A stretch of DNA of 64,000 nucleotides, taken from Leucoraja erinacea (Eukaryota). Shown here piece after piece: positions 1-11,659 of the stretch (its first letter is position 1; each line of letters starts with the position of its first letter). A program made the position numbers and the translations under genes. The notes under the pieces were generated by a model, which saw only the letters and a program-made list of their open reading frames with translations, did not search any database and was not told the origin of the DNA. The stretch covers positions 24,180,001 to 24,244,000 of the forward strand of contig NC_073392.1 of NCBI RefSeq assembly GCF_028641065.1, written 5' to 3'.

Positions 1-541
1 GACCTCTTTGCTCCTATACTCAACTCCTCTTGTTATGAAGGCCAACATGCCATTCGCTTTCTTCACTGCCTGCTGTAACTGCATGCTTACTTTCATTGAC
101 TGAACAAGGACCCCCAGATCCCGTTGTACTTCCCCTTTTCCCAACTTGACACCATTTAGATAATAATCTGCCTTCCTGTTTTTGCTACCAAAGTGGATAA
201 GCTCACATTTATCCACATTAAACTGCATCTGCCATGCATCTGCCCACTCACACAACCTGTCCAAGTCATCCTCCTCACAGTTCACACTGCCACCCAGCTT
301 TGTGTCATCTGCAAATTTGCTAATGTTACTGAATCCCTTCCTCTAAATCATTGATGTATATTGTAAATAGTTGCAGCCCCAGCACCGTGCCTTGCAGTAT
401 CCCTGCCATTCTGGAAGGGACCCGTTAATCCCTACTCTTTGTTTCCTGTCTTCCAACCAATTTTCTGTCCATGTCAGCACTCTACCCCCAATACCATGTG
501 CCCTAATTTTGCCCACTAACCTCCTATGTGGGACCTTATCA
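1..541 (-). mobile_element. CR1 LINE RT fragment
   Basis: Similar to 13680-14220 (gtcatctgcaaa, KFADD region). Confidence 0.8.
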
Positions 542-1499
542 AAAATGACCTCACCGACTGCACTGGGCTGAGGGGCTGCAACAGGACTGCAGTTGTGGTC
601 TTACTTCAACAACAGACGTACTGACAAAGGGGGTGCAGTGATAATCCACTTTGGCCATTCCTGAGATAGCAGGCTTGCTGAGGATGGATGGACTGGGCAC
701 TTGGACTGCCAGAGTTTAAAAAGGGAGGAGATTGTTGAAACATACAGCACTTCAGGCTGGGGAGTTGAGAATCAGAGGATGCTGCCTCAGGTGGGGAGGA
801 TAAATGTCTTCACTGACAAAGTGAATCATTGGAACATTGCTCTGTGAAGGCTGGCATCAACTTCATTCTAAACCAGCGTCACTGTGTTTTTGGCAACAGG
901 GCAAGCCCCAGGATAAGGGCATAGGTCACGGAAAGGATGTGGAGGTGGAAGATTAGTCATGACCTGGACAAATGGCAGAGCAAACCTGAAGAGCCTGGTA
1001 TCCTGCCCTGAAGTTTTCACTACAGAATACACTGACAGTACTCACAAATGTCTACAAACTCACCACCTGGACCTCGACTGTAGTCAAGGGCAACAGGCAC
1101 AAGTGAGCAGTAACTGAACGATACACAACTCCCTGGCCGCAGACCATTGTTGTTCTGGGACCAAGTCCTGGACCTCCCTCCCCATTCACCAGTGCCTCCG
1201 TCTGGTCACCACCACCACCACCCCGCCGCACAAACCAGCCGTCTCTTTATACCTGTCTGTTTGGCTGCATGCCTTGCAGCATCGGTGCCTCTTTTCCCTT
1301 TAATCACTCGATAATTCCGCGGAGAAGTTTGAGACTTCTGCGAATAATCAGCATTGATCCCGGCCTCTCGAAATGGTGTGATCAAATCAGGTGCTAAGCA
1401 CTTGGCCTAATATCAGAGAGTGACACTGAGCATTGTACTCAAACCTCCATACTCGCAGCAGTCTACACCCTCCAAAGCAAAAACACTTCCCATCCCCTC

Positions 1500-1870
1500 A
1501 GAGAACACTCCCTGATTTGCTCATCCTTTCCCACCCAACCCATCCCCTCCCTTAGTACTTTTCCCTGCAACCATAAGAGATGTAACACCTATCTTGACAT
1601 CCCCTTCCAGGACCCCAACTATCCTTCCAGGTGAGACAGAGGTTCACCTGCACCTTTTCCAACCTCATCTACTGCATCGAGAGTTCCCAATGTAGTCTCC
1701 GTTACATCGGCAAGACCTAGCACAGACTCAGTGACCGTTTTGCCAAACATTTGTGCTTGGTCTACCAAGGCCTGTTGGTTGCTACCAAATGACACCTCTT
1801 CCCATTTTGATCTTCTTGTCCAGGGCCTCTTCCATTCACAGAGTGATGCCACACAAGCAAGCTGGAGGGA
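1500..1870 (+). mobile_element. Penelope-like element GIY-YIG endonuclease remnant
   Basis: Translates FQVRQRFTCTFSNLIYCI...C...YIGKT*HRLSDRFAKH. Confidence 0.7.
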
Positions 1871-1874
1871 CAGC

Positions 1875-1916
<42 letters not shown>

Positions 1917-3604
1917 CCCCAGCACAGCCAGCCCCTCAGCCACCCAACCTCCTCAGGGAGATCATACACCCACCACACTCACTGTGAATCCAGTCTCAGG
2001 GTCCCAGGCCACATGACTGACGTGCCTGAGGAGAGATAAACTGATTAATGTCTAAACCACAGCCCCCAGGATAGTTGCTGTCTGACCCCACACAGCAGGG
2101 AACCGCCCTTATCAGAGACACCCACCACCCTGGCCACACTCTCATGTCGCTGCTACCATCGAGATGACGTTACATGAGCTGGAAAACCGTGACCTCCAGG
2201 TTCAAGAACAGCTTCTTAGCATCCATCAGGCTCTTAAAGACTGCACAATTTATTGTATCATTGATTACGTCCTGTGTGTTACTGTATTTATGGGCATGTT
2301 AAGCTGCAGCAAGTAACAATCTCACTGTCACACTCAACCCTCTTGACATTCTGAAGCCAAAGTGTAAGGGAGATGAAAGGAACTGCAGATGTAGCTTCAC
2401 AAATAAAAGACAAAGGTGACATTTTGGGTTGGGACATTGTGTGCGTCTCTGTCTCTGTCTCGTCTGAAGAAGGGTCCCCACCAGCAACATCACCTGTCCA
2501 TGTTCTCCAGAGATTTTGCCTATCCCATTAAGTTACTCCACCACTGTCTTTTTTTTTTGGAGTAGTGTTAACTTTGTGATTAAAGTCATTGACTACCTGG
2601 AGAATGGGTTTCGAACAACTGAGGGAACAGAGAGGAGAGGGAGAGAGTATCAATACCGCTCCCTTGGGCCAAGAGAAGTGATATACAAACGCAGAGCGGG
2701 ATTGCCTGCAAGAGCGTTGTCGATGAACCAGTGTTTACCCTGTTTACCAGTGCTCCCAGGTTTACACTGTGAAACAAACGTCTAGTCACTGGCCGTTTCA
2801 TAAAGTCTCCAGACTCGTTTCATCAGCAGGATGAGCCAAGGCCGAGAAACAGCACAGAAATAGGCCGCTCAGCCCACCGCGACGGTACTGACCAAACCAC
2901 ACGGTAACACGTGCTCTATCCCGTGCGGGACCCAGCGCTCCCATTGCACCGATAGAATCTCGATCTTCCCTCTACGCCCAACCCTCCCACCCAACACCAC
3001 CCCGCCTAACCCTCGCACCCCCGCCCAACCCTCACCACCCCCCACCACCATACCCCGCCCCGCCGCTCACTGGAATCCACTGGGCGCTCCGATTTCCAAC
3101 TTGGAGACTGAGGCACGGCGCCGAGCCGAGCGACGCCTGGAGGCGTCAGAGTCAGGAGAGCCCCTGGAGCTGGACACTACAACAGAGACAGTGGTCAATA
3201 CAACCAGCCCGGAGGCACCGACAGAATGCCGCCACTCCCGCACCGGACTTCCAACCCACAGGAGACTGGGCACCACACCCCACACCGGGCCTGGAAAGAC
3301 CGCTCCCCACTCCTCCCACTCACAGCGGCCAAGGCTCCCACCCAACACCTCCCATCACCGGGGCCCAGAGCCCGTACGGGAGCCTCGCGTACCACCGCTG
3401 TCCCCAGTGGACCCTCCCCGGGGGCCCTGCCCATGCCCACACTGCAGCCCACCCTCACTCCCAATACTCTTTCCCCACCCCCTCTCTTCCCCAACTCCCC
3501 CTAGGCCGCTACCATAACGGGCGAGCGCTTTGGCGAGAGCAATCTTCATCCCTCCCCGCTGGCCTAATGCTGCGCAGTTCAAAATTCCCACCTAAATCAC
3601 ATGG

Positions 3605-3712
3605 CACCCAGTCACTGATGACGTAGTGTCGACCAGCCAATCACTGACGACGTGGCATAGATCAGCCAATCATTAGTGAGGTAGCATCAACCATCCAATC
3701 ACTGATGACACA
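3605..3712. promoter_or_regulatory. Tandem CCAAT + TGACG(T) motif array, putative promoter
   Basis: Four units about 29 bp apart of cca(a/g)tca(c/t)t(g/a)..gacg. Confidence 0.4.
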
Positions 3713-3994
3713 CCAGGTCAGGCAGCATTTGTGACCAACATCCAGTTGCAACGTTTCGGGTTGGACCCTTCAGTCAGACTCGCCCAGACCTGAGTTTATT
3801 GTCACATGTGCAACCACCATCTGCAATTTCTTGTATCTTCTGGTGATTCAGCATTTACGAATCAGATCAAAGGAGCAGGCCCTTCTGCTCTCAATGTCGG
3901 TGCCCAACATATTGCCAAGACCAACTCTTATCTATCATCTACACATGCTCCCTATACCTCCATTCCCAGCAGATCAATCTAAAAGTCCCTTAAA

Positions 3995-4330
3995 CATAGA
4001 AAATGGTTGCAGGAGTAGGCCATTCGGCCCTTCGAGCCTGCACCGCTATTCAATATGATCATGCCTGATCATTCACTCAGTATCCTGTACCTGCCTTCTC
4101 TCCATACCCCCTAACTCCCTCTTAAATATAGCCTGTGAACTGGCCTCAACTACCTTCTGTGGCAGAGAATTCCAGAGATTCACCACTCTCTGCGTGAAAA
4201 ATGTTTTTCTCATCTCGGTCCTAAACGATTTCCCCTTATCCTTAAACTGTGACCCCTTGTTCTGGACTTCCCCAACATCGGGAACAATCTTCCTGCCTCT
4301 AGCCCGTCCAACACTTTAAGAATTGTGTAA
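3995..4330 (-). mobile_element. CR1 3' end
   Basis: catagaaa tail, then ggagtaggccattcggcccttcgagcctgcacc as in the other CR1 copies. Confidence 0.75.
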
Positions 4331-4934
4331 CCACTATCACACCACTATCTGCCTCCATCACCACCCCTGGTACCACGTACCAGCCCCCCGCCACACTGTG
4401 TAAAAAACCTTGCCCCGCACATTTCCTTTATACTTTGCCCATCTCACCTTAAAGCTATGTTCTCTAGTCTTTGGCATTATACCCTATGATCACATGATCA
4501 CATCCAATGCAGTGCTCGCTGGAAGGCCCGAATGGCCTACTCCTGCACATATTGTCTATGTAAAGACCACTCACATGCCGGTCATTCTTTCTTCTTCCTT
4601 TTGGTGGAAGATACAGAAGCTTGAAAACACGTACAACCACATTCAGGAGCAGCCTCTTCCTCGCTGCTGTCAGACTCGTGAATGGGCCACTCGTAAACTA
4701 ACAATGTATTCCGAATCTTCCAATCCTCCTCATTCCGACACTTGCACGTTATTATCTGCACTTTGCACGTGTAACACTATTTTCTGCACCCAGGTATTTT
4801 TCTCTTTGCGCTACCTGGTGTCGACGGGTATGTCATGATTGTATTATTTGACCATATCACGTATCAACATTGTTGGCTGTGGTGAACATGACATAACTAA
4901 CAAGGTGGCCAGGGCGCAGCTTGTCAATTGACCG

Positions 4935-7155
4935 ATGGCCTGGACGTGGTGTGACCCAGGGCGGCTGCCCGCACCCTACCCCGTCTATGCCGCTCTCTGT
5001 TTGCTGTCGCTCACCTCCGTGGGCCAGGACCTATCCCGCAAACCGACCACCCCGCCGCTAGTGGAAGGGCAGCCCTTCCAGGTCTACTGGAACGTGCCCA
5101 CGTCGCACTGCAGCACCCACAGAGGCGTCGACCTGCACTTGGACGACTTTGGTATTGTAACCAATAGAAATGAGAGGTTTCTTGGAGAGAAACTCACGAT
5201 ATTTTATTCTACGCGGTTGGGAATTTATCCAACTTATCATAGCGGGGATCCCGAAAATGGGGGGCTCCCCCAGAACATGAGCCTGGAGGAACACCTGCGT
5301 CAGGCCAGGATAGACATCGACAACTTTTTAGTCACGGACTACCAGGGGTTGGCGGTGATAGACTGGGAGGATTGGCGCCCCCTGTACGCAAGGAACTGGG
5401 GCTCCAAGAGAGTCTACCAGACAAAATCACAGGAGCTTGTCCGGGGGAGGAACCCCGATTGGAACCAAACCCATATCGAAGCTGAAGCTAAGAAGGAGTA
5501 TGAGAAGGCGGCTAAAATGTACATGATGTCTTCCCTGATGCTGGGCCAGTCGATGCGACCGAAGGCTTACTGGGGATTTTACCTCTTCCCGGATTGCTAC
5601 AACTACCACTTCAGGGAAGAGTTCCCCACGTACGACGGCCACTGCCCAGACATCGAGATCGAGCGTAACAATGAGCTGACGTGGATGTGGACTCAGAGCT
5701 CTGCCCTCTTCCCGTCCGTCTACCTAGAGGAGAAGATCAAGTCGGAGCGCGGTGAGCGCGGCAAACTCTACGCCAGATACCGTATACGGGAAGCCGTGCG
5801 TGTGGCTTTGCTGACCAAAGGGGAATATACTCCGCCCATCTTCCTCTACTGCCGCTCCCACTTCATCGACAGCACAACCCTCACGCCCCTCAATGAGGTG
5901 AGTAGAGGCCGTGCACCTGGTCATCATTCCCTTGCAACTCCATAGCCGCTGGTCCCCCCGCCCGCTCTGACGGTCACTGAGCGGAAACGTTGACTGTGTC
6001 TCACCCACCCTCCCAACAGTTGCACCACCTACATCCAACCCGGGCATCTCTCTCTCCTTCTCTCTCCCCCTTCCTCTCTTTCCTTCTCCCCCTCTCCCTC
6101 TTCACCCCTCTCCATCCTCCACCCCCTCCATCCCTCCCTCCCTCCCTCCCTCCCTCCCTCCCTCCCTCCCTCCCTCCCTCCCTCCCTCCCTCCTTCCCTC
6201 CCTCCCTCCCTCTCTTTCTCTCCAGTCGTCTTGGTGCGGCGCAGCGCTTGAATCGTCGCGGTGTGGAAAACCGGTGCTGGGACAAGGGATTCATACGGGT
6301 CAGCATGGCCATGATGGTCCGAATGGCGTCAGGTCCCGCCCCGGCCGCTGCTGACCCCACCCCGCGGTAAGCGGGGCCTTTGGGGCGGGGAGATCCGACC
6401 CGCAGCCGCCACCTGCTCCAACTTGCAGTTCGTTTGCAGATTGATCTGGTCCGCACTCTGGGCGAGAGCGCAGCGATGGGGGTGAGTGGAGCCATTCTGT
6501 GGGGGTCCACCGACTTCTCCAGAACCACGGTAAGCGCTCCCTTACTGTCCCTCCCACAATGCGGCGCTCCCTCACTGCCCCTTCCACCGTGCGGCGCTCC
6601 CTCAGTACAGCGTAACTCGCCGTCGGGACCAAGGGGGGCTGTGGGCCTGGGCTCGGGAGGGAGGGGTGTGGGTTTGGGGGGGGGGGGGGGGGGGGGAGAC
6701 GGATGACGAGGTTTCGCGGGTGATGCGGCGGTTAACTCTCCTGGTGCGCTCGGTGTTGCCAGGAAAACTGCCAGGCCGTGAAGGACCAGGTGCATAATGT
6801 GTTGGGGCCGTACATCCTGAACCTGACCGCGAGTGTACAGTTCTGCAGCCGGACGCTGTGCTCCAACCACGGCCGCTGCTACCGCCGCAACGCCGACGAG
6901 AATGTTTTCCTGCACTTGAACAGCAGGTCATTCCGCTTCGTGAAGCGCAATCGGCGCACTGACAAGGTTCGCATCAAGGGCCGGGCCAGTCTGTCGGACA
7001 GGAGGAATTACAGAGCCCACTTCCAGTGTCAGTGTTACTGGGGCTGGAACGGCACCCGATGCAGCCACCACAAAAGGTCCATCGACTCCTGCCGTGCCAA
7101 GACCTCCCCGCTCACACTTGTCCTCTTCCTGCTCCTGAGCCTTCTTCTCATATGA
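4935..7155 (+). CDS. Hyaluronidase (GH56) paralog A, HYAL1/HYAL3-like, intact; exons 4935-5897, 6440-6529, 6763-7155 (481 aa)
   Basis: Signal-peptide-like N-terminus, WNVPT..C, NGGLPQN, catalytic AVIDWEDWRP, WGFYLFPDCYNY; 90-nt middle exon (IDLVRTLGESAAMG..ILWG) with GT-AG sites; last exon has EGF-like Cys (CSRTLCSNHGRC, CQCY.GW.G..C) and a hydrophobic GPI-type tail; AATAAA near 7176. Confidence 0.9.
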
Positions 7156-7682
7156 TGGATGTAGTTCCTGTCCAAAATAAAAACAATTTCCTGAAACTCA
7201 CCCTGTTCACTTCACTTCTGTGTGTTTGGTCTTGTGGCACAGAGGCTCACTCACAACACAGATCTGGCCCTTCGGCCCACCGTCTCCACCTACCACACTT
7301 GTCAACACGAATCCCTCCCACCCGCACTGTGACTCCTCTGCCTTCACCACTCAAGAACGCGCAGAGGCCCCTGAAAAGTGGATTAGTGTGGGATTGATAC
7401 AGATTCCTTCGGATCCAAGTTCTGGCCAAAATGTTGCATCCAGGGGTGGAGCTGGTGCATAGAGAGAGATAGTGAGAGATAGATAGATAGTGAGAGAAAT
7501 AAGGAGAGACAGTCTGTGAAGGAGACAGAATGAGGGACAGAGAGAGAAGAGATTGAGATAGGTATAGACAGAGGACTAGACAATTCTGTCCAAAATACTG
7601 TGGTCACAGTGAAGATCAGATACCTTCCCCGAATATCCCTCATCCCTCGCCATTCCCTACCGTCTTCTCCTTCTCCCCCCCC

Positions 7683-7721
<39 letters not shown>

Positions 7722-8490
7722 TTGCTATCCCCTCTCCCTCACTCCTCATTCACCCCCGTCCTCGAGTCAGAACAGTGAGGGAGCGCCGCACAGTGGAAGG
7801 GTCAGTGCTGAGGGAGCGGCTCACTGTAGGTGTTGGTGACGGAGTTTATCGTGACCGGCGGCGTTCCTCCCCCTCACCCCGGCTCCGCAGCGCCCGGCCT
7901 CCGCCGCATCTCCGGATGAAGCGAGAGGCGCGCGCGAGTCGCGGGTGAGCGGAGCCGGGTGCCGGAAGTTGGCGGCTCGGCGGAGACAGGGCGCCGCCGC
8001 CGCAGCCCAGTGTGAGTGCAGAGAAATCGAGATCGGGGCTGCGGCCTAGTGTCACAGCGTCAGAAGGCAGTGGAGGCCGATTCATTGTATCCATTCAAAC
8101 GAGAGAGCCCTCAGGGCTAGCGGAATCAAGGGACACGGGGAGAAGGCAGGAACGTGGTACTGATTGTGGATGATCAGCCATTATCACACTGGTGCTGGCT
8201 CGAAGGGGCGAATGCCAACTGCTGCAGCATCTATTGTCTATGTATCTATGTAAGGATCACTCACATCCCGGTCATTCTCTTTTCTCCGTTTTGGTGGAAG
8301 ATACAGAAGCTTGAAAACACGTACAACCACATTCATCACACACACACGTACAACGACCTGGTGTCCACGGGTGTGTCATGATTGTACTCATGTCTGGTAT
8401 TATTTGACCATATCACGTATCAACATTGTTGGCTGTGGTGAACGTGACATAACTAACAAGGTGGCCAGGGCGCAGCTTGTCCAGTGACCG

Positions 8491-10004
8491 ATGGCCTGGA
8501 CGTGGTGTGACCGAGGGCGGCTGCCCGCACCCTACCCCGTCTATGCCGCCCTCTGTTTGCTGTCGCTCACCTCCGTGGGCCAGGGCCTATCCCGCAAACC
8601 GGCTGGTGAAAGGGCAGCCCTTCCCGGTCTACTGGAACATGCCCACGTCGCGCTGCAGCTCCCACAGACGCGTCGACCTGCACTTGGGCGACTTTGGTAT
8701 TGTAACCAATAGAAATGAGATGTTTATTGGAGAGAAACTCACGATATTTTATTCTGGGCGGTTGGGAATTTATCCAACTTATCATAGTGGGGATCCCGAA
8801 AATGGGGGGCTCCCCCAGAACATGAGCCTGGAGGACCACCTGCGACAGGCCAGGATAGACATCGACAACTTTTTAGCCAAGGACTACCAGGGGTTGGCGG
8901 TGATAGACTGGGAGGATTGGCGCCCACTGTACGCAAGGAACTGGGGCTCCAAGAGAGTCTACCAGACAAAATCACAGGAGCTTGTCCGGGGGAGGAACCT
9001 CTCTCTCTTTCTCTCCAGTTGTCTTGGTGCGGAGCAGCGCTTGAATCGTCACGGTGTGGAAAACCGGTGCTGGGACAAGGGATTCATACGGGTCAACATG
9101 GCCATGATAGTCCGAATGGCGTCAGGTCCCGCTCCGGCCGTTGTTGACCCCACCCCGGGGTAAGCGGGGCCTTTGGGTCGTGGAGATTCGACCCGCAGCC
9201 GCCACCTGCTCCAACTTGCAGTTCGTTTGCAGATTGATCTGGTCCGCACTCTGGGCGAGAGCGCAGCGATGGGGGTGAGTGGAGCCATTCTGTGGGGGTC
9301 CATCGACTTCTCCAGAACCACGGTAAGCGCTCCCTTACTACCCCTCCCACAGTGCGGCGCTCCCTCACTGCCCCTTCCACCGTGCGGCGCTCCCTCACTG
9401 CCCCTCCCACAGTGCGGCGCTCCCTCACTGCCCCTCCCACATTGCGACGCTCCCTCAGTACAGCGTAACTCGCCGTCGGGACCAGGGGGGCTGTGGGCCA
9501 GGGTTCGGGAGGGGTGTGGGGTGGGGGGGGGGGGGGGGGAGGGGAGAGGGGGTGCCGAGGTTTCGCGGGTGATGCGGCGGTTAACTCTCCTGGTGCGCTT
9601 GGTGTTGCCAGGAAAACTGCCAGGCCGTGAAGGACCAGGTGCATAATGTGTTGGGGCCGTACATCCTGAACCTGACCGCGAGTGTACGGTTCTGCAGCCG
9701 GACGCTGTGCTCCAACCACGGCCGCTGCTACCGCCGCAACGCCGACGAGGATGTTTTCCTGCACTTGAACAGCAAGTCGTTCCGCATCGTGAAGCGCAAA
9801 CGGCGCACCGACAACGTTTTCATCAAGGGCCGGCCCAGTCTGTCGGACAAGAGGAATTACAAAGCCCACTTCCAGTATCAGTGTTACCGGGGCTGGAACG
9901 GCACCCGATGCACCCGGTACAAAAAGCCCATCGACTCGTGCCGAGTCGAGACCTCCCCGCTCACACTTGTCCTTGTCCTGCTCCTGAGCCTTCTCCTCAT
10001 ATGA
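8491..10004 (+). pseudogene. Hyaluronidase paralog B, disrupted; exon 1 remnant 8491-9000, exons 9233-9322 and 9612-10004
   Basis: 11-nt frameshifting deletion near 8601 relative to copy D; about 750-bp deletion at about 9000 removes the 3' half of exon 1 and its donor and joins to intron-1 sequence; Cys->Tyr in FQYQCY. Confidence 0.85.
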
Positions 10005-10547
10005 TGGATGTAGTTCCTGTCCAAAATAAAAACAATATCCTGAAACTCTCCCTGTTCAATTCACTTCTGTGTGTTTGGTCTTGTGACACAGAGGCTCACT
10101 CATAACACAGATCTGGCCCATCGGCCCACCGTCTCCACCTACCACACTTGTCAACACCAATCCCACCCACCCGCACTGTGACTCCTCTGCCTTCACCACT
10201 CAAGAACGCGCAAAGGCTCCTGAAATGTAGGTGTTGCGGGGCAAATGGATTAGCGTGGGATTGATACAGATTCCTCCGCGTCCACGTTCTGGCCAGATTG
10301 TTGCATCCTCCCCCTCACCCCGGCTCCGCAGCGCCCGGCCTCCGCCGCCTCTCCGGATGAAGCGAGAGACGGGCGCGGGTCGCGGGTGAGCGGAGCCGGG
10401 TGCCGGGAGTTGGCGGCTCGGCGGAGACAGGCCGCCACCGCCGCAGCCCAGGGTGAGTGCAGGGAAATCGAGGTCGGGGCTGCGGCCTAGTGTCCGGCCG
10501 AATTCCACAAATTCATAGCGTCAGAAGGCAGTGGAGGCCGATTCATT

Positions 10548-11410
10548 GGATAGGAGGCAGCACCCGCTCCACAATAATTCAATGCAGGTACCTCGCTAGA
10601 GTTAGTTCTCAGCCCCCTCCTACTATACTCCCTGTTCACTCACGACAGTGCGGCCAAATTCAGCTCTAACTCCATCTACAAGTTTGCAGCCGACACCACT
10701 GTGGTGGGTAGACACAAAATGTTGGAGTAACTCAGCGGGTGAGGCAGCATCTATGGAGAGAAGGAATTGGCGACGTTTCGGGTCGAGACCCTTCTTCACC
10801 TGATCATGAACAAAGATGAGACGGAGAACTTAGTGACACGGTGTCACGACATCAACCTCCCCCACGATGTCAGCGAGAGAAAGGAGCTAGTTATTGACCA
10901 TGGGGAACTTGTCCCCGTCAGCACCAATGGTGACGTAGTGGAGGTGGTCGAGAGCTTCAAGTTCCCAGGTGTAAACATCACCAACAATCTGCCCAGGGAC
11001 AACCACATTGAGGCTACGGCCACGAAAGCACATCAACGCCTCTACTTCCTCGGGAGACCAAGGAGGTTCGGCACGTCTCCAACGTCCCTTCCCAACGTCA
11101 ACATGTGCATCGTATCGGGATGCATCACAGCTCGGTTTGGGAACTGCTCTGCCCAAGACCACAAGAAAGCGCTGAGAGTTGTGGATGTAGCCCAGTCCGT
11201 CACACAGACCAGACACCCCACCACCGACTCCATCTACGCTTCACGCTGCCTCGGGAAAGCAGCCAACATCATCAAGATCCACTCACACCCCGGTCATTCC
11301 CTCTTCTCCCATTTGGTAGAAGATGCAGAAGCTTGAAAACACGCACAACCACATTCAGGAGCAGCCTCTTACCCGCTGTTATCACACACTTGAATAGGGC
11401 TCACATAAAC
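10548..11410 (+). mobile_element. Degenerate Rex1-type LINE 3' part (paralogous copies at about 22095-23010 and 25945-26820)
   Basis: KFAADTTVVG, KELVID, KAHQRLYFL, WFGN.SAQD, IY.SRCL.KA..IIKD.SHPGH motifs; interrupted by a Penelope-derived repeat. Confidence 0.75.
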
Positions 11411-11659
11411 TAACAATGTTTTTTGAATCTTCCAATCTTCCTCATTCCGACTGTTGCACTTTATTCTCTGCACTTTGCACCTGTAACATTATTTTCTGCA
11501 CCCTGGTATTTTTCTCTTTGCGCTACCTGGTGTCCACGGGTATGTCATGATTATACTCAGGTCTGGTATTATTTGACCATATCACGTATCAACATTGTTG
11601 GCTGTGGTGAACGTGACATAACTAACAAGGTGGCCAGGGCCCAGCTTGTCCAGTGACCG

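Noticed and set aside
1876-1914. Long poly-C/poly-G runs throughout the window (poly-Pro/Gly ORFs, G-quadruplex candidates)
   Set aside because: Widespread low-complexity tracts whose lengths are unreliable in assemblies; no specific function can be supported
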